A stretch of 53,657 nt of DNA from Thermoplasmatota archaeon (GTDB lineage: Archaea; Thermoplasmatota; Thermoplasmata; Halarchaeoplasmatales; Halarchaeoplasmataceae), in contig JAZKSH010000002.1 in NCBI GenBank assembly GCA_036626195.1, positions 1 to 53,657 of the forward strand, written 5' to 3'. Below, piece after piece: positions 25,596-34,883 of this stretch; position 1 is the stretch's first letter; every line of letters begins with the position of its first letter. Position numbers and translations under genes: made by a program. The notes below the pieces were generated by a model that searched no databases, was not told the DNA's origin, and saw only the letters and a list, made by a program, of their open reading frames with translations.

Positions 25596-26696
25596 TTGAA
25601 GGAGAAAGATCCCTTCGTTTACGCTCACGAAAAGGAGAAAGAGATAGTTTGGATGAGTCAAAATACAAATCAGATAAAGACATCGCCGAAGATTATGAAG
25701 GCTATGAAGAAAACCCTAGAGGAGGGAAAGCACAACCTTTATCCTCACAGCGACGGTATCCTAGGTTTCAAGGATGAGATTTTGAAGGACTTGGGGCTAA
25801 AGGATGAAGGTTTCGACGCCTTGATCACCAACGGCGGGATAGAAGGGACTTACACACTGACTAGAGCTATGCTAGATGAAGGAGATAACGTTGTCGCTTC
25901 CGATCCCAGCTTCATGCCCATCCATCATCAGATAGAATTATGCGGCGCTGAACCTAAAGAGATAGATATTTACAAGGACCCCTACAGAATGACAGTAGAG
26001 GAAGTCAAAGAGGCCGTTGACGACGATACGGAGATGATACTTTTTATAGACCCGCTCAACCCTTTGGGTAGTTCTTATACTAAAGAAGAGGTGAAAGGGA
26101 TATCCCAAATAGCGGAGGATAACGATTTACTGCTGATACATGACATCACGTACCGCGATTTCGCCTTCGAACACACCCTAGCCTCCAATTTTGTCCCCGA
26201 AAGGACGATATTCGCCTGCTCTTTCTCTAAAAATGTTGGATTCGCGGGTATGAGATTGGGCGCTCTAGTGATGCCTGAAGAGTATTCCGACATCTTACAT
26301 AAATATCGTACTAACGTTCTTTCCGCAAACGTGATAGCTCAAGTCGGCGCCAAAAAAGCGTTGGAGATAAAAGAAGAGTGGTTGCCGGACATGGTTGAAC
26401 AATCCAGGAAGAACCAAGAGATCATCAAGGAAGCAGTCGAAGAGATACCCGACATACATCTGCCCGTTTATCCTTCCAGCACGAACATGTTCGTCATAGA
26501 TGTGGAAAAGACGGGCTTAGATCCACAAAAAATACAGAGAAAACTCCTCTACGAGCACGATGTTTTCGTCCGCGGAGGCAATTATCTTTCAAAAACTGCA
26601 GGGGACAAGTTCATCCGTGTCTCTTTCACGGTACCTGAAGAGGGCGCAAGAAAGTTCGCGGAAAAACTGCCGGTAGTGATGGATGATCTGAGATGA
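25596..26696 (+). CDS. Class I/II PLP-dependent aminotransferase
   Basis: PLP-lysine motif SFSKNVGFAGMRLG and fold-type I layout. TTG start preceded by GGTGG. Confidence 0.8.
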   Translation: MKEKDPFVYAHEKEKEIVWMSQNTNQIKTSPKIMKAMKKTLEEGKHNLYPHSDGILGFKDEILKDLGLKDEGFDALITNGGIEGTYTLTRAMLDEGDNVVASDPSFMPIHHQIELCGAEPKEIDIYKDPYRMTVEEVKEAVDDDTEMILFIDPLNPLGSSYTKEEVKGISQIAEDNDLLLIHDITYRDFAFEHTLASNFVPERTIFACSFSKNVGFAGMRLGALVMPEEYSDILHKYRTNVLSANVIAQVGAKKALEIKEEWLPDMVEQSRKNQEIIKEAVEEIPDIHLPVYPSSTNMFVIDVEKTGLDPQKIQRKLLYEHDVFVRGGNYLSKTAGDKFIRVSFTVPEEGARKFAEKLPVVMDDLR

Positions 26697-27355
26697 GCGA
26701 TGAAGAAGCCGCATCTGTTTCCGAAGGCGTTTTCAAGATCGATGGACGTTATCATACGCTGAATCTTGTTCCTGGGACCTCGGTTTACGGGGAAGATCTT
26801 TTACACCTCCACGATGCAGAGTACAGGCAGTGGGATCCGAACCGCAGCAAACTGGCTGCTTTCCTCGTCAAGCAGGGGAGTCTCCCCTTCCAATATGACT
26901 CGGAAGTTCTTTATCTGGGGGCGGGGGACGGCACCACCGTTTCTCACATCTCCGATATCCTGACCGACGGGAAGATATATGCCGTAGAGGTGGCTAAAAA
27001 CCCCTACAGAAACTTGCTCCAACTTTCCAAGAAAAGGAAAAACATCTTCCCTATACTGTCAGACGCGCGCCGCCCTGAAGAGTACCGGGAATTGGTGAAC
27101 GAAGTCGACCTCGTTTATCAAGACATCGCTCAAAGAGATCAGGTTGACATATTCATCAAAAATTTAGACTTCTTGAAGGAAGGCCACCACGGACTGATCG
27201 CCGTAAAATCCAGGAGCATAGACGTTTCAAGCTCACCGGGCAAGATTTACCAAAGAGTAAAGAAAAAGCTTAAAGATAATGACTATGAAGTGGTGATACA
27301 GGTCGATATCTCGCGATGGCAAAAAGATCATGCGGTATTGGTGGTTGAAAAGTGA
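26693..27355 (+). CDS. flpA: Fibrillarin-like rRNA/tRNA 2'-O-methyltransferase
   Basis: VYGE...YRQWDPNRSKLAA...VLYLGAGDGTTVSHISDI...YAVE...NIFPILSDARRPEEY...VYQDIAQ...IAVKSRSIDV. ATGA overlap with the aminotransferase stop. Confidence 0.85.
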   Translation: MSDEEAASVSEGVFKIDGRYHTLNLVPGTSVYGEDLLHLHDAEYRQWDPNRSKLAAFLVKQGSLPFQYDSEVLYLGAGDGTTVSHISDILTDGKIYAVEVAKNPYRNLLQLSKKRKNIFPILSDARRPEEYRELVNEVDLVYQDIAQRDQVDIFIKNLDFLKEGHHGLIAVKSRSIDVSSSPGKIYQRVKKKLKDNDYEVVIQVDISRWQKDHAVLVVEK

Positions 27356-27413
27356 CCTTCCTAGAACACTTCGTTCAAAAGCTATTTTATACCCTTATCT
27401 CCATTTAGGCCCG

Positions 27414-28151
27414 ATGATCGATATCCTCAAAGATGAAGAGGAATTCTATGAAACGATCCAAGGGAAGTTGTTCCTTTTTTTCACCCCCTTCCTTATAGCG
27501 GCACTATACATCTATTTGCTGTATCTAATCATCCACGACCTGACCATATTTTGGATAGTGGGCGGAGGTATACTCACCTACTTTTTTCCACCCGCTGGCA
27601 AGGAGAGCGTGATACCTGGAACCATATTCATCTTACAGAGTAATTACCGCTCCCTCCCGGCATACACGATAATATTTGTGGTGGCTGCATCCATTGCCTT
27701 CGTTGATATAGTGTCATCTTATTTCCTGCTCTGGAATTTTTACATAGCTGAAAAGATACCTCTCATAGGAAAATGGATACAAAATTTTCAAGACTATGGG
27801 GCGAAGAAGATGAAAGAGAAAGAATGGATAAAAAATCTGGCATTTCTTGGCGTAGCGGTCTTCGTTGTTTTCCCTTTCCAGGGCAGCGGCGGCGTCGGAG
27901 GTTCGATCTTCGGGAGGGTCATCGGCATGAACAAATACCGTGCCTGGCTCGCGATAATCACCGGTTCTTTCACGGGCTGTTTTGTGATCGCCATCTTAGC
28001 ATACTACACCGGTAACGCAATAATAGATATATTCAAGACCGATATTTTTGCGGGGATCGGAGCTCTTGCCCTCGTCATCGTAGCGTTTATATTCCTCTAT
28101 CACTTCTATAAGAGCCGATTGTTCGGCGAGAAAAAGGTTGAGCAAAAATAA
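27414..28151 (+). CDS. Integral membrane protein, possibly small-multidrug-export family (COG2426-like)
   Basis: PFQGSGGVGGSIFGRVIGMNKYRAWLAIITGSF resembles the P-x-x-G-T/S-G...G family motif. ATG 27414 has its own tattttatac box about 25 nt upstream. The ORF-track extension to 27330 is rejected. Confidence 0.4.
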   Translation: MIDILKDEEEFYETIQGKLFLFFTPFLIAALYIYLLYLIIHDLTIFWIVGGGILTYFFPPAGKESVIPGTIFILQSNYRSLPAYTIIFVVAASIAFVDIVSSYFLLWNFYIAEKIPLIGKWIQNFQDYGAKKMKEKEWIKNLAFLGVAVFVVFPFQGSGGVGGSIFGRVIGMNKYRAWLAIITGSFTGCFVIAILAYYTGNAIIDIFKTDIFAGIGALALVIVAFIFLYHFYKSRLFGEKKVEQK

Positions 28152-28162
28152 AAGGTGAGATC

Positions 28163-29134
28163 ATGGAACTCAAAGATCGTAATATATTGGTTACTGGGGC
28201 CGCAGGTTTTATCGGCAGTCATCTATGTGACGCACTCGTTAAGGACAATAAGGTGATAGGCTACGATAATCTTTCTTCAGGTAAAGAAGAGATGATCGAA
28301 CATCTTGAAGACGAGCCGAACTTTGAACTTGTGGTGGGAGACATACTCGACGAGGAAGCTCTATCCGAACAGATGAAGAGATGCGATATGGTCTTCCATC
28401 TAGCCGCAAATCCAGACGTAAGAGTCGGGGCGGAAGATACCTACGTGCATCTAGAACAGAACATCATAGGCACCTACAACGTATTGGAGACGATGAGGAA
28501 AAATGGGGTCGAAGAGATAGTGTTCACGTCATCCTCTACGGTTTACGGCGAGACTGAAGTCATCCCCACTCCGGAAGACCTCGGCCCGCTGAAACCCATA
28601 TCACTCTACGGCTCCTCTAAATTGAGCTGTGAAGCGCTTATATCCTCATTCTGCGAGACCTTCGACATGAGATCCGTATCGTTCAGATTCGCCAACGTCG
28701 TAGGTCCTAGAAGCACACACGGCGTTACCTATGATTTTGTCCAAAAATTGAAAGAGGATCCCACGGAACTGGAAATATTGGGGGCCCCACCGGGTACGAG
28801 CAAATCTTACTTCTATATAGACGACTGTATCGACGGTATGCTCTACGCGACGAGAAATTCAGAGAAAAGTGTCGAGTTCTTCAATCTTGGTTCGGAGGAC
28901 TACATAACGGTGAAGCGGATAGCGGACACGGTCTGTGAAGAGATGGGTTTGGAAGAGGTCGATTACAATTGGACCGAAGAATCTGGTGGAGACAAAGGAG
29001 GTTGGGAAGGAGATGTAGAGGTGATGCTCCTTTCATTAGAGAAGATGAAAAACCTGGGTTGGTCACCGACATATGACAGTGCCGAGACCATCGCTAAAAC
29101 GGTGAGAGCTTTGACTAGCGACAACAAAAATTGA
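28163..29134 (+). CDS. NAD-dependent nucleotide-sugar epimerase/dehydratase (SDR)
   Basis: GAAGFIGSHL Rossmann motif and the catalytic YGSSK. Confidence 0.85.
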   Translation: MELKDRNILVTGAAGFIGSHLCDALVKDNKVIGYDNLSSGKEEMIEHLEDEPNFELVVGDILDEEALSEQMKRCDMVFHLAANPDVRVGAEDTYVHLEQNIIGTYNVLETMRKNGVEEIVFTSSSTVYGETEVIPTPEDLGPLKPISLYGSSKLSCEALISSFCETFDMRSVSFRFANVVGPRSTHGVTYDFVQKLKEDPTELEILGAPPGTSKSYFYIDDCIDGMLYATRNSEKSVEFFNLGSEDYITVKRIADTVCEEMGLEEVDYNWTEESGGDKGGWEGDVEVMLLSLEKMKNLGWSPTYDSAETIAKTVRALTSDNKN

Positions 29135-29465
29135 AGGAAGAATTCCGGAACGCCGAGATGGTCTCTACTTGACGATCATATCAAAGAACTCAAAATGTTG
29201 ACCGGGTCGGCGATCCAGAGAGCTACAGATATACATGTTATGAAATAGATGTAGTAGAGGATGCTGTATTTATACTCGCTCAATTTTTCCAACGCCTCTT
29301 CTGTCATACGAAATCACCAATACGTCATACAATGTTATGACAGATATAAGAACACATCCTCTCTTATATATAATTTACCCTTAATCCTGCGGAAAATACA
29401 GTTAAACAACACCAAAAAAATATAAGTAGTTAAATTACTATCTTATTCATGTCAGAGGCATCTGA

Positions 29466-29627
29466 ATGGATAAAAAAATCCACAAAAAAATAGATAAGCA
29501 TGATGAATCTATCACCATCGTTGACATCCAAGAGATGATCAAGGAGATTCAAGAAGAGAATCCCGATCGAGAGGTTTTTTTCGATGGAGATGAATATGCT
29601 ATCTGCAGCAGAAAAAAGGAAGGGTGA
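29466..29627 (+). CDS. Small 53-aa ORF immediately upstream of the IPK gene
   Basis: Hand-translated as MDKKIHKKIDKHDESITIVDIQEMIKEIQEENPDREVFFDGDEYAICSRKKEG*. The TGA ends 3 nt before the IPK TTG start. Below the ORF-track cutoff; no family recognised. Confidence 0.3.
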   Translation: MDKKIHKKIDKHDESITIVDIQEMIKEIQEENPDREVFFDGDEYAICSRKKEG

Positions 29628-29630
29628 CCC

Positions 29631-30383
29631 TTGATTCTGATCAAATTAGGCGGCAGTGTTTTGACTAACAAAGATAGAAAATATTCTTTCAGGACCCAAG
29701 TTGTAAAGAGGCTCATCAATGAAATAAAAGAGAGCTCGGCGGAGGAGTATATAATCGTCCACGGCGGAGGGAGTTTTGGCCATCCGGGGGCTGAAAAATA
29801 TGGGTTACATACGACCCAGCCGGAGAAACCGGCAGAAGGCCTGTCCAGGGTCCAACTCGATATGAGGAGGATGAACAATCATCTCTTGGAGATCATGTTG
29901 GAAAGGGGTATCTGGGGAGTTTCGATCCCAGGGGGCTTGATCACCCTCTTCGAGGACGGCGAGCTTTACGAACTGGATCAGGAGATATTTCAACGATATC
30001 TTTCCCTAGACACCCTCCCGGTTTCCTTCGGCGACGTGGCGATCGATAAAAATAGGGGCCTAACCATCTGCTCTGGAGACGACATAATGCTGGGATTGTC
30101 TTCCTTGGCCGATAGAGCCGTCTTCGTCAGCGACGTGGACGGCATTTACAGGGATGGGGAATTGAAAGAGGTGTTCACGGAAGATATGCTGCCATTGAAA
30201 AAAGCCGATCTTCCAGACGATGAGGACACGATCGATGTCACAGGGGGTATGAACAGGAAAGTGGAAAAGATGCTCCAGATATCCGACGATGCTGAGACTC
30301 ACCTGGTAAACGGTAAAGTTAAAGGCAGGTTGAAAAAGGTATTGGGTGAAAAAGAAGTGATCGGAACGGAGGTAAAAAGATGA
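29631..30383 (+). CDS. Isopentenyl phosphate kinase
   Basis: Amino-acid-kinase fold with LIKLGGSVLT and VHGGGSFGH. TTG start. ATGA overlap with the IDI2 gene. Confidence 0.85.
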   Translation: MILIKLGGSVLTNKDRKYSFRTQVVKRLINEIKESSAEEYIIVHGGGSFGHPGAEKYGLHTTQPEKPAEGLSRVQLDMRRMNNHLLEIMLERGIWGVSIPGGLITLFEDGELYELDQEIFQRYLSLDTLPVSFGDVAIDKNRGLTICSGDDIMLGLSSLADRAVFVSDVDGIYRDGELKEVFTEDMLPLKKADLPDDEDTIDVTGGMNRKVEKMLQISDDAETHLVNGKVKGRLKKVLGEKEVIGTEVKR

Positions 30384-31423
30384 TAGAATCGAGAAAAGAG
30401 GATCATATAGATATCTGTCTGAATGAGGACGTGGAGATAAAAAAAGATTATTGGGACGAAATCAAACTTTATCACCACTCTGCACCGGAGATCGATATCG
30501 ATGACATCTCTCTTAAGACGGATTTTCTGGGAAGAAGACTCGACGCACCCATAATGATCGCGGGTATAACTGGCGGTTACGATGGTGCAAAGGAATTTAA
30601 CAGGAGATTGGCAGGAACCGCTGAAAAGACGGGTATCGGCCTCGGGGTCGGAAGCCAGCGCCCCGCTTTGGAAGATGAAAAATTGAGAGATAGTTATGAA
30701 TTGATAGCGGAATATTCTCTTCCTTTGGTGGTCGGGAACATAGGTGCCCCTCAGCTGATAAGCCAAGACGGCGAAGAACCCTTTAGAATCCCCAAAGCGA
30801 AAGAAGCTTTGAATATGATAGACGGAGATTATCTCGCCGTACATTTCAACTATCTTCAGGAGGCGGTACAGCCCGAAGGCGATCTTAAATCAAAAGGAGT
30901 CATGAAAGCGTTAAAAAATATATCTGAGAAAGTTCCCACCATCGCTAAAGAAACCGGTGCGGGCATGTCTTCCGAGATGGCCATGAGATTTCGGGATGCG
31001 CGAGTGAAGGCGTTAGATGTTGGGGGTATGGGAGGCACGTCGTTCTCTGCGGTTGAGTCCCATCGGATAAAAGAAGATAAAGAGATCAAAAACATAGCTG
31101 AAGATCTTAGAGATTGGGGTATCCCTACGCCGGTATCCGTAGTGAAGTGCAGGGGCTCAGTATCTCTTCCGCTGATAGCCACGGGAGGTATAAGGAACGG
31201 CGTTCAAATAGCTAAAGCTTTGGCTCTAGGGGCGGATATAGTTGGTATCGCCGGAGGTATACTTCCTGAGATTAATAAAGGTGAGAAAGCAGCAGTCGGG
31301 TATATAGAAAGGTTGAAATACGAATTGAAACTGACCATGTTCCTATTGGGCTGCGAGGATATCAAAGATCTTTTAGATATAAACAGGGTCATAACTGGTG
31401 AAATAAAAAATTGGCTGGGTTAA
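30380..31423 (+). CDS. fni: Type 2 isopentenyl-diphosphate delta-isomerase (FMN-dependent)
   Basis: RKEDHI N-terminus, GVGSQR, the ATGGIRNG motif and the TIM-barrel layout. Confidence 0.9.
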   Translation: MIESRKEDHIDICLNEDVEIKKDYWDEIKLYHHSAPEIDIDDISLKTDFLGRRLDAPIMIAGITGGYDGAKEFNRRLAGTAEKTGIGLGVGSQRPALEDEKLRDSYELIAEYSLPLVVGNIGAPQLISQDGEEPFRIPKAKEALNMIDGDYLAVHFNYLQEAVQPEGDLKSKGVMKALKNISEKVPTIAKETGAGMSSEMAMRFRDARVKALDVGGMGGTSFSAVESHRIKEDKEIKNIAEDLRDWGIPTPVSVVKCRGSVSLPLIATGGIRNGVQIAKALALGADIVGIAGGILPEINKGEKAAVGYIERLKYELKLTMFLLGCEDIKDLLDINRVITGEIKNWLG

Positions 31424-31462
31424 ACAGATGAGACAATAAGAGAAATAGGAAAGTGGAAAAAG

Positions 31463-32446
31463 ATGTCATTTATCGACGAATTGAAAAAAAGGAAGAGCGA
31501 TGTGGACGAATCCGTCTCAAAAATCTTTGAAGAGGAAAGAGAACATCCGCTGTGGGGGCAGATGGCGTATTATCCGGAAGCTGGGGGGAAGAAGCTCCGA
31601 CCCTTTTTGGCCATGGTTACCGCGGGAGCCTTTGGAAAGGACGAAGATAGAGCTCTTCCCTACGGTATAGCCATCGAACTAGTCCATAATTTCACCCTTA
31701 TCCATGACGATATAATGGATAAAGATGAGAAAAGAAGAGGTAGGGAGACGCTACACAAAAAGATAGGCGAGGGCCGGGCGATCAACGCCGGAGACGGTCT
31801 TTTTGCCTTGGCCTTTAAGATCCTCTCTACTACAGAAGTAGAAGATGAAAAACTGAGGATGCTCTTGAAAGAATTATCCACTTCTATCGTGAGAGTCGCT
31901 GAAGGACAGGAAGAGGATATCACTTTTGAAGAGATCTACGATATAAGCGAGGAAGAGTTCATAGGGATGATAGAGAAAAAGACTAGTTACCTTTTCAGAG
32001 CCGCGACCCGCGGAGGAGCTATAATAGGCGGCGGAGATGAAAAACAGATCGAAGAGATGGGAGAATACGCCAGAAAGATGGGCATCGCGTTCCAGATACA
32101 GGATGATTATCTAGACCTGATAGGCGAAGAGGATACGATAGGTAAAGATGTCGGCAGCGATATCATGGAAGGTAAAAGGACCTTGATGGTCATAAAGTCT
32201 CTCTCCGAGTTGTCCGCTGATGATAGGGAAAGGTTGATAGAGATATTGGAAAAGGATGGGAATAACCAGGAAGAGGTGAGAGAGGCGATAGACCTGTTCG
32301 AAAAGGCAGGAGCTATAGACTATTCCAAAGAACTGGCTGAAGGATATGCTGAGCAAGCTAAAGAGCATTTAGATGTAATCCCTGACGGACAGCACAAGGA
32401 CATATTGAAAGATCTGGTGGATTACATCATATCACGAAATAAATAG
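31463..32446 (+). CDS. Geranylgeranyl diphosphate synthase (short-chain trans-prenyltransferase)
   Basis: FARM LIHDDIMD and SARM FQIQDDYLD. Confidence 0.9.
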   Translation: MSFIDELKKRKSDVDESVSKIFEEEREHPLWGQMAYYPEAGGKKLRPFLAMVTAGAFGKDEDRALPYGIAIELVHNFTLIHDDIMDKDEKRRGRETLHKKIGEGRAINAGDGLFALAFKILSTTEVEDEKLRMLLKELSTSIVRVAEGQEEDITFEEIYDISEEEFIGMIEKKTSYLFRAATRGGAIIGGGDEKQIEEMGEYARKMGIAFQIQDDYLDLIGEEDTIGKDVGSDIMEGKRTLMVIKSLSELSADDRERLIEILEKDGNNQEEVREAIDLFEKAGAIDYSKELAEGYAEQAKEHLDVIPDGQHKDILKDLVDYIISRNK

Positions 32447-32461
32447 AGTAAGAGCTTCACC

Positions 32462-32998
32462 TCATGAGAGGTCGGTGAGTCTTTCTCTAGCGGAGTGTAG
32501 AGCGATCATGGTGTGAGGATGTGATAACTCTCCCTTTTCTAAAAGCTCGTAGGCCTTTTCGATGTTCAGGGAAAAGACTTCGATGTCTTCACCTTCGTCG
32601 TGATCTACGCCGCCGCATTTTTCCGCTTCTCCCACATAGAGGTGAGCCTTTTGATCGTTAAGACTCGCTATAGGATGGTATTCATTTATCTTATCACACC
32701 ATTTGAGCTCGTAACCGGTCTCTTCCTTCAGCTCTCTTCCCGCCGCTTCTTCCGGAGATTCGTCCGGTTCGATGAAACCAGCCGGTAACTCTATGACCAT
32801 ACGATCTATGGGATATCTGTAATTCTTCACCAGGATCAGTCTATCTTCCACTCTTGGAAGCACACCGGCAAAATCTGGCAGCTCCAGCATGGTATAGGTC
32901 TTTTCAGTTCCATCTGGAAGGACCACGTCGTCCTCGACCAGAGTGAAAAACGTCGAGCGGGCCACCGTTCGAGAATCCTTTTTCTTCCATCGAGACAT
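32462..32998 (-). CDS. NUDIX hydrolase (ADP-ribose pyrophosphatase-like)
   Basis: Nudix box GFIEPDESPEEAAGRELKEETGY. Confidence 0.8.
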   Translation of the reverse strand: MSRWKKKDSRTVARSTFFTLVEDDVVLPDGTEKTYTMLELPDFAGVLPRVEDRLILVKNYRYPIDRMVIELPAGFIEPDESPEEAAGRELKEETGYELKWCDKINEYHPIASLNDQKAHLYVGEAEKCGGVDHDEGEDIEVFSLNIEKAYELLEKGELSHPHTMIALHSARERLTDLS

Positions 32999-33034
32999 GA
33001 TTTTGGAACTGAATAGGACGTATTTTTAACTTAT

Positions 33035-33676
33035 TCATCCTAAAAAGACGGCCTCGACCAAAAAAGTGATCCCTAAAATCACGAACACTGCGGATGTGAT
33101 AAAGTCGATTTTTTTACTCTTTATCGATTCGCCCAATTTAGCACCCAAAATAACACTAAGCCCTGTAACGGCGGCAAAGGCGAGGACAGCCCCGAGGAAG
33201 ACGGAGAATGGTGCGGCATATCTAGCCGCAAAAGCTACTACCACAAATTGAGTTTTGTCGCCCAACTCTGAGATGAATGAAAGGAAAAAAGAGGAGCTCA
33301 CCGTTTTCCCTCTTCTTATCTTTTCGTCTTCTTTGCGACTCTCTTTTTCCTCTTCAAAGTATTGGGAAGATAGAAAGGTGTAAACACCGAAGAGGATGAA
33401 AGTAGCAGCCGCAAATAGTTTTACGTAAAACAGCGGCACGAACCTGAATATGATCGTGCCGAGTGTCACTCCTATGATCGTTATGACTCCCAGCCCGGCT
33501 ATTATGCCCAGGAACACGCTCCTTCCTTCATACTTGGACGCTAAAGAAATTGTCATTATCTGACTTTTATCTCCTAACTCCGCGATGGCCACGGAAGAAA
33601 ACACTATCGCTATTATGAGGTACCACATCATCGAATATAGTTGAGGTTCTGAGTATAAATGATTTGTGCTCGGCAT
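33035..33676 (-). CDS. GDT1/TMEM165 (UPF0016) family cation transporter
   Basis: Two E-x-G-D-K-[ST] motifs (AELGDKSQ, SELGDKTQ). The start may be an internal Met (MMWYL). Confidence 0.8.
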   Translation of the reverse strand: MPSTNHLYSEPQLYSMMWYLIIAIVFSSVAIAELGDKSQIMTISLASKYEGRSVFLGIIAGLGVITIIGVTLGTIIFRFVPLFYVKLFAAATFILFGVYTFLSSQYFEEEKESRKEDEKIRRGKTVSSSFFLSFISELGDKTQFVVVAFAARYAAPFSVFLGAVLAFAAVTGLSVILGAKLGESIKSKKIDFITSAVFVILGITFLVEAVFLG

Positions 33677-33746
33677 CCAAACCTACATTATAAAAAAGAG
33701 GATTAGATTTATAACCGATGCGCTTATCCTAAAAATAGGTGTTCAC

Positions 33747-34784
33747 TTGAAGATATCACCTCTGGTCTCACGGCCTCATCATATTCATTTCTATCAGAAC
33801 TTGATAAAGGAGTTGAAAAAAAAGGGCCATGAGATCCTCTTATTACATACCGGAAATGAGCTGACAAGAGAGCTTTTAGAGCCCTTGAACATAAGGAATA
33901 GGTCCTACGGTCGGTCCTTTGATCCAGAGGTCACCAAGATCGTTTCTTCTCTCTACAACAAGATATCTCTCCTGAGAGAATTGAAGAGCTTTGATCCAGA
34001 CTTGCTCCTGTCCGTCAATGGGCTTCCTCCTTCACCATTCAATTCACTCCTGGGCGTTCCAACCGTGGTATTTTTAGATACAGAGCCGAACCCCCATGAC
34101 GAATATTTCTTGTTCAATTACGCCAGCAAGGTTATCACCCCTGACTGTTATCACGCTAGCGTTCCCGGAGAAAAACACTTCGATTATTCGAGTTACCACG
34201 CTCTAGCTTATCTTCATCCTAACTGGTTCACTCCTGATACGAGGGTCTTGGATGAATTGGACCTCGAGCCGAGAGATTATGTGATAGCCAGTTTCGGCAA
34301 GCACATAGAGAAGAAGATCGATCTGAAGAGACATCCTCTGAGGAGAAGACAGATCATAGATCTGGTAAGAAATCTCGAAGATCACTGCAGAGTGTTCGTA
34401 GATGAGAGAAGTTATGTTCCATCGCCGCTAAAAGATCACTGTCCTTCGATACATCCTACAAAATATCTAGATCTTTTGGCCAATGCGGAGGTTGTGATAG
34501 GCGATAATCCCGTGGTTTCGGCCGAAGCCGGTGCTCTCGGCACACCTTGGATATACATCTCCAACTACACGACCTTCACCCTTGAGGATCAAGAACTACA
34601 TTACGAAGTGGGGAGCCAAGTTCCGACCGTAGAGGAAGGTGAAGAACTCGCCGAGATGATATTGACGGGAGAATTGGAACTGGATTATGACAAACCGCGG
34701 AAAAAAATATTGAAAGATAAGACCGACCTGACTAAGTGGATGGTTGCATTGGTGAGATCTTTGGGAAACTTGGTTAGAAAATAG
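33747..34784 (+). CDS. DUF354 protein (2-epimerase/glycosyltransferase-like fold)
   Basis: From TTG 33747 it reads MKISPLVSRPHHIHFYQNLIKELKKKGHEILL, matching the usual DUF354 N-terminus. The ORF-track start at 33666 overlaps the divergent gene. Confidence 0.55.
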   Translation: MKISPLVSRPHHIHFYQNLIKELKKKGHEILLLHTGNELTRELLEPLNIRNRSYGRSFDPEVTKIVSSLYNKISLLRELKSFDPDLLLSVNGLPPSPFNSLLGVPTVVFLDTEPNPHDEYFLFNYASKVITPDCYHASVPGEKHFDYSSYHALAYLHPNWFTPDTRVLDELDLEPRDYVIASFGKHIEKKIDLKRHPLRRRQIIDLVRNLEDHCRVFVDERSYVPSPLKDHCPSIHPTKYLDLLANAEVVIGDNPVVSAEAGALGTPWIYISNYTTFTLEDQELHYEVGSQVPTVEEGEELAEMILTGELELDYDKPRKKILKDKTDLTKWMVALVRSLGNLVRK

Positions 34785-34883
34785 ACTATTGAAAAGGGCA
34801 AGTCGAAAAGACACATAACTTTTCAAAAATATATGATGAAATCCACAAAGATTATATCCCATATGCTTGGTTAAGCATTTTGA

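Noticed and set aside
25156-25599. ORFs 25156-25344 and 25345-25599 on the plus strand
   Set aside because: Both run straight through the tRNA-Glu gene and the hairpin spacer. The frames are explained by the tRNA and by chance.
30299-30844. 181-aa minus-strand ORF antisense to the IPK/IDI2 junction. Also similar antisense ORFs at 38793-39278, 36051-36488, 40123-40560 and 14022-14474.
   Set aside because: Each lies fully inside or across well-supported genes on the other strand and has no recognisable motifs.
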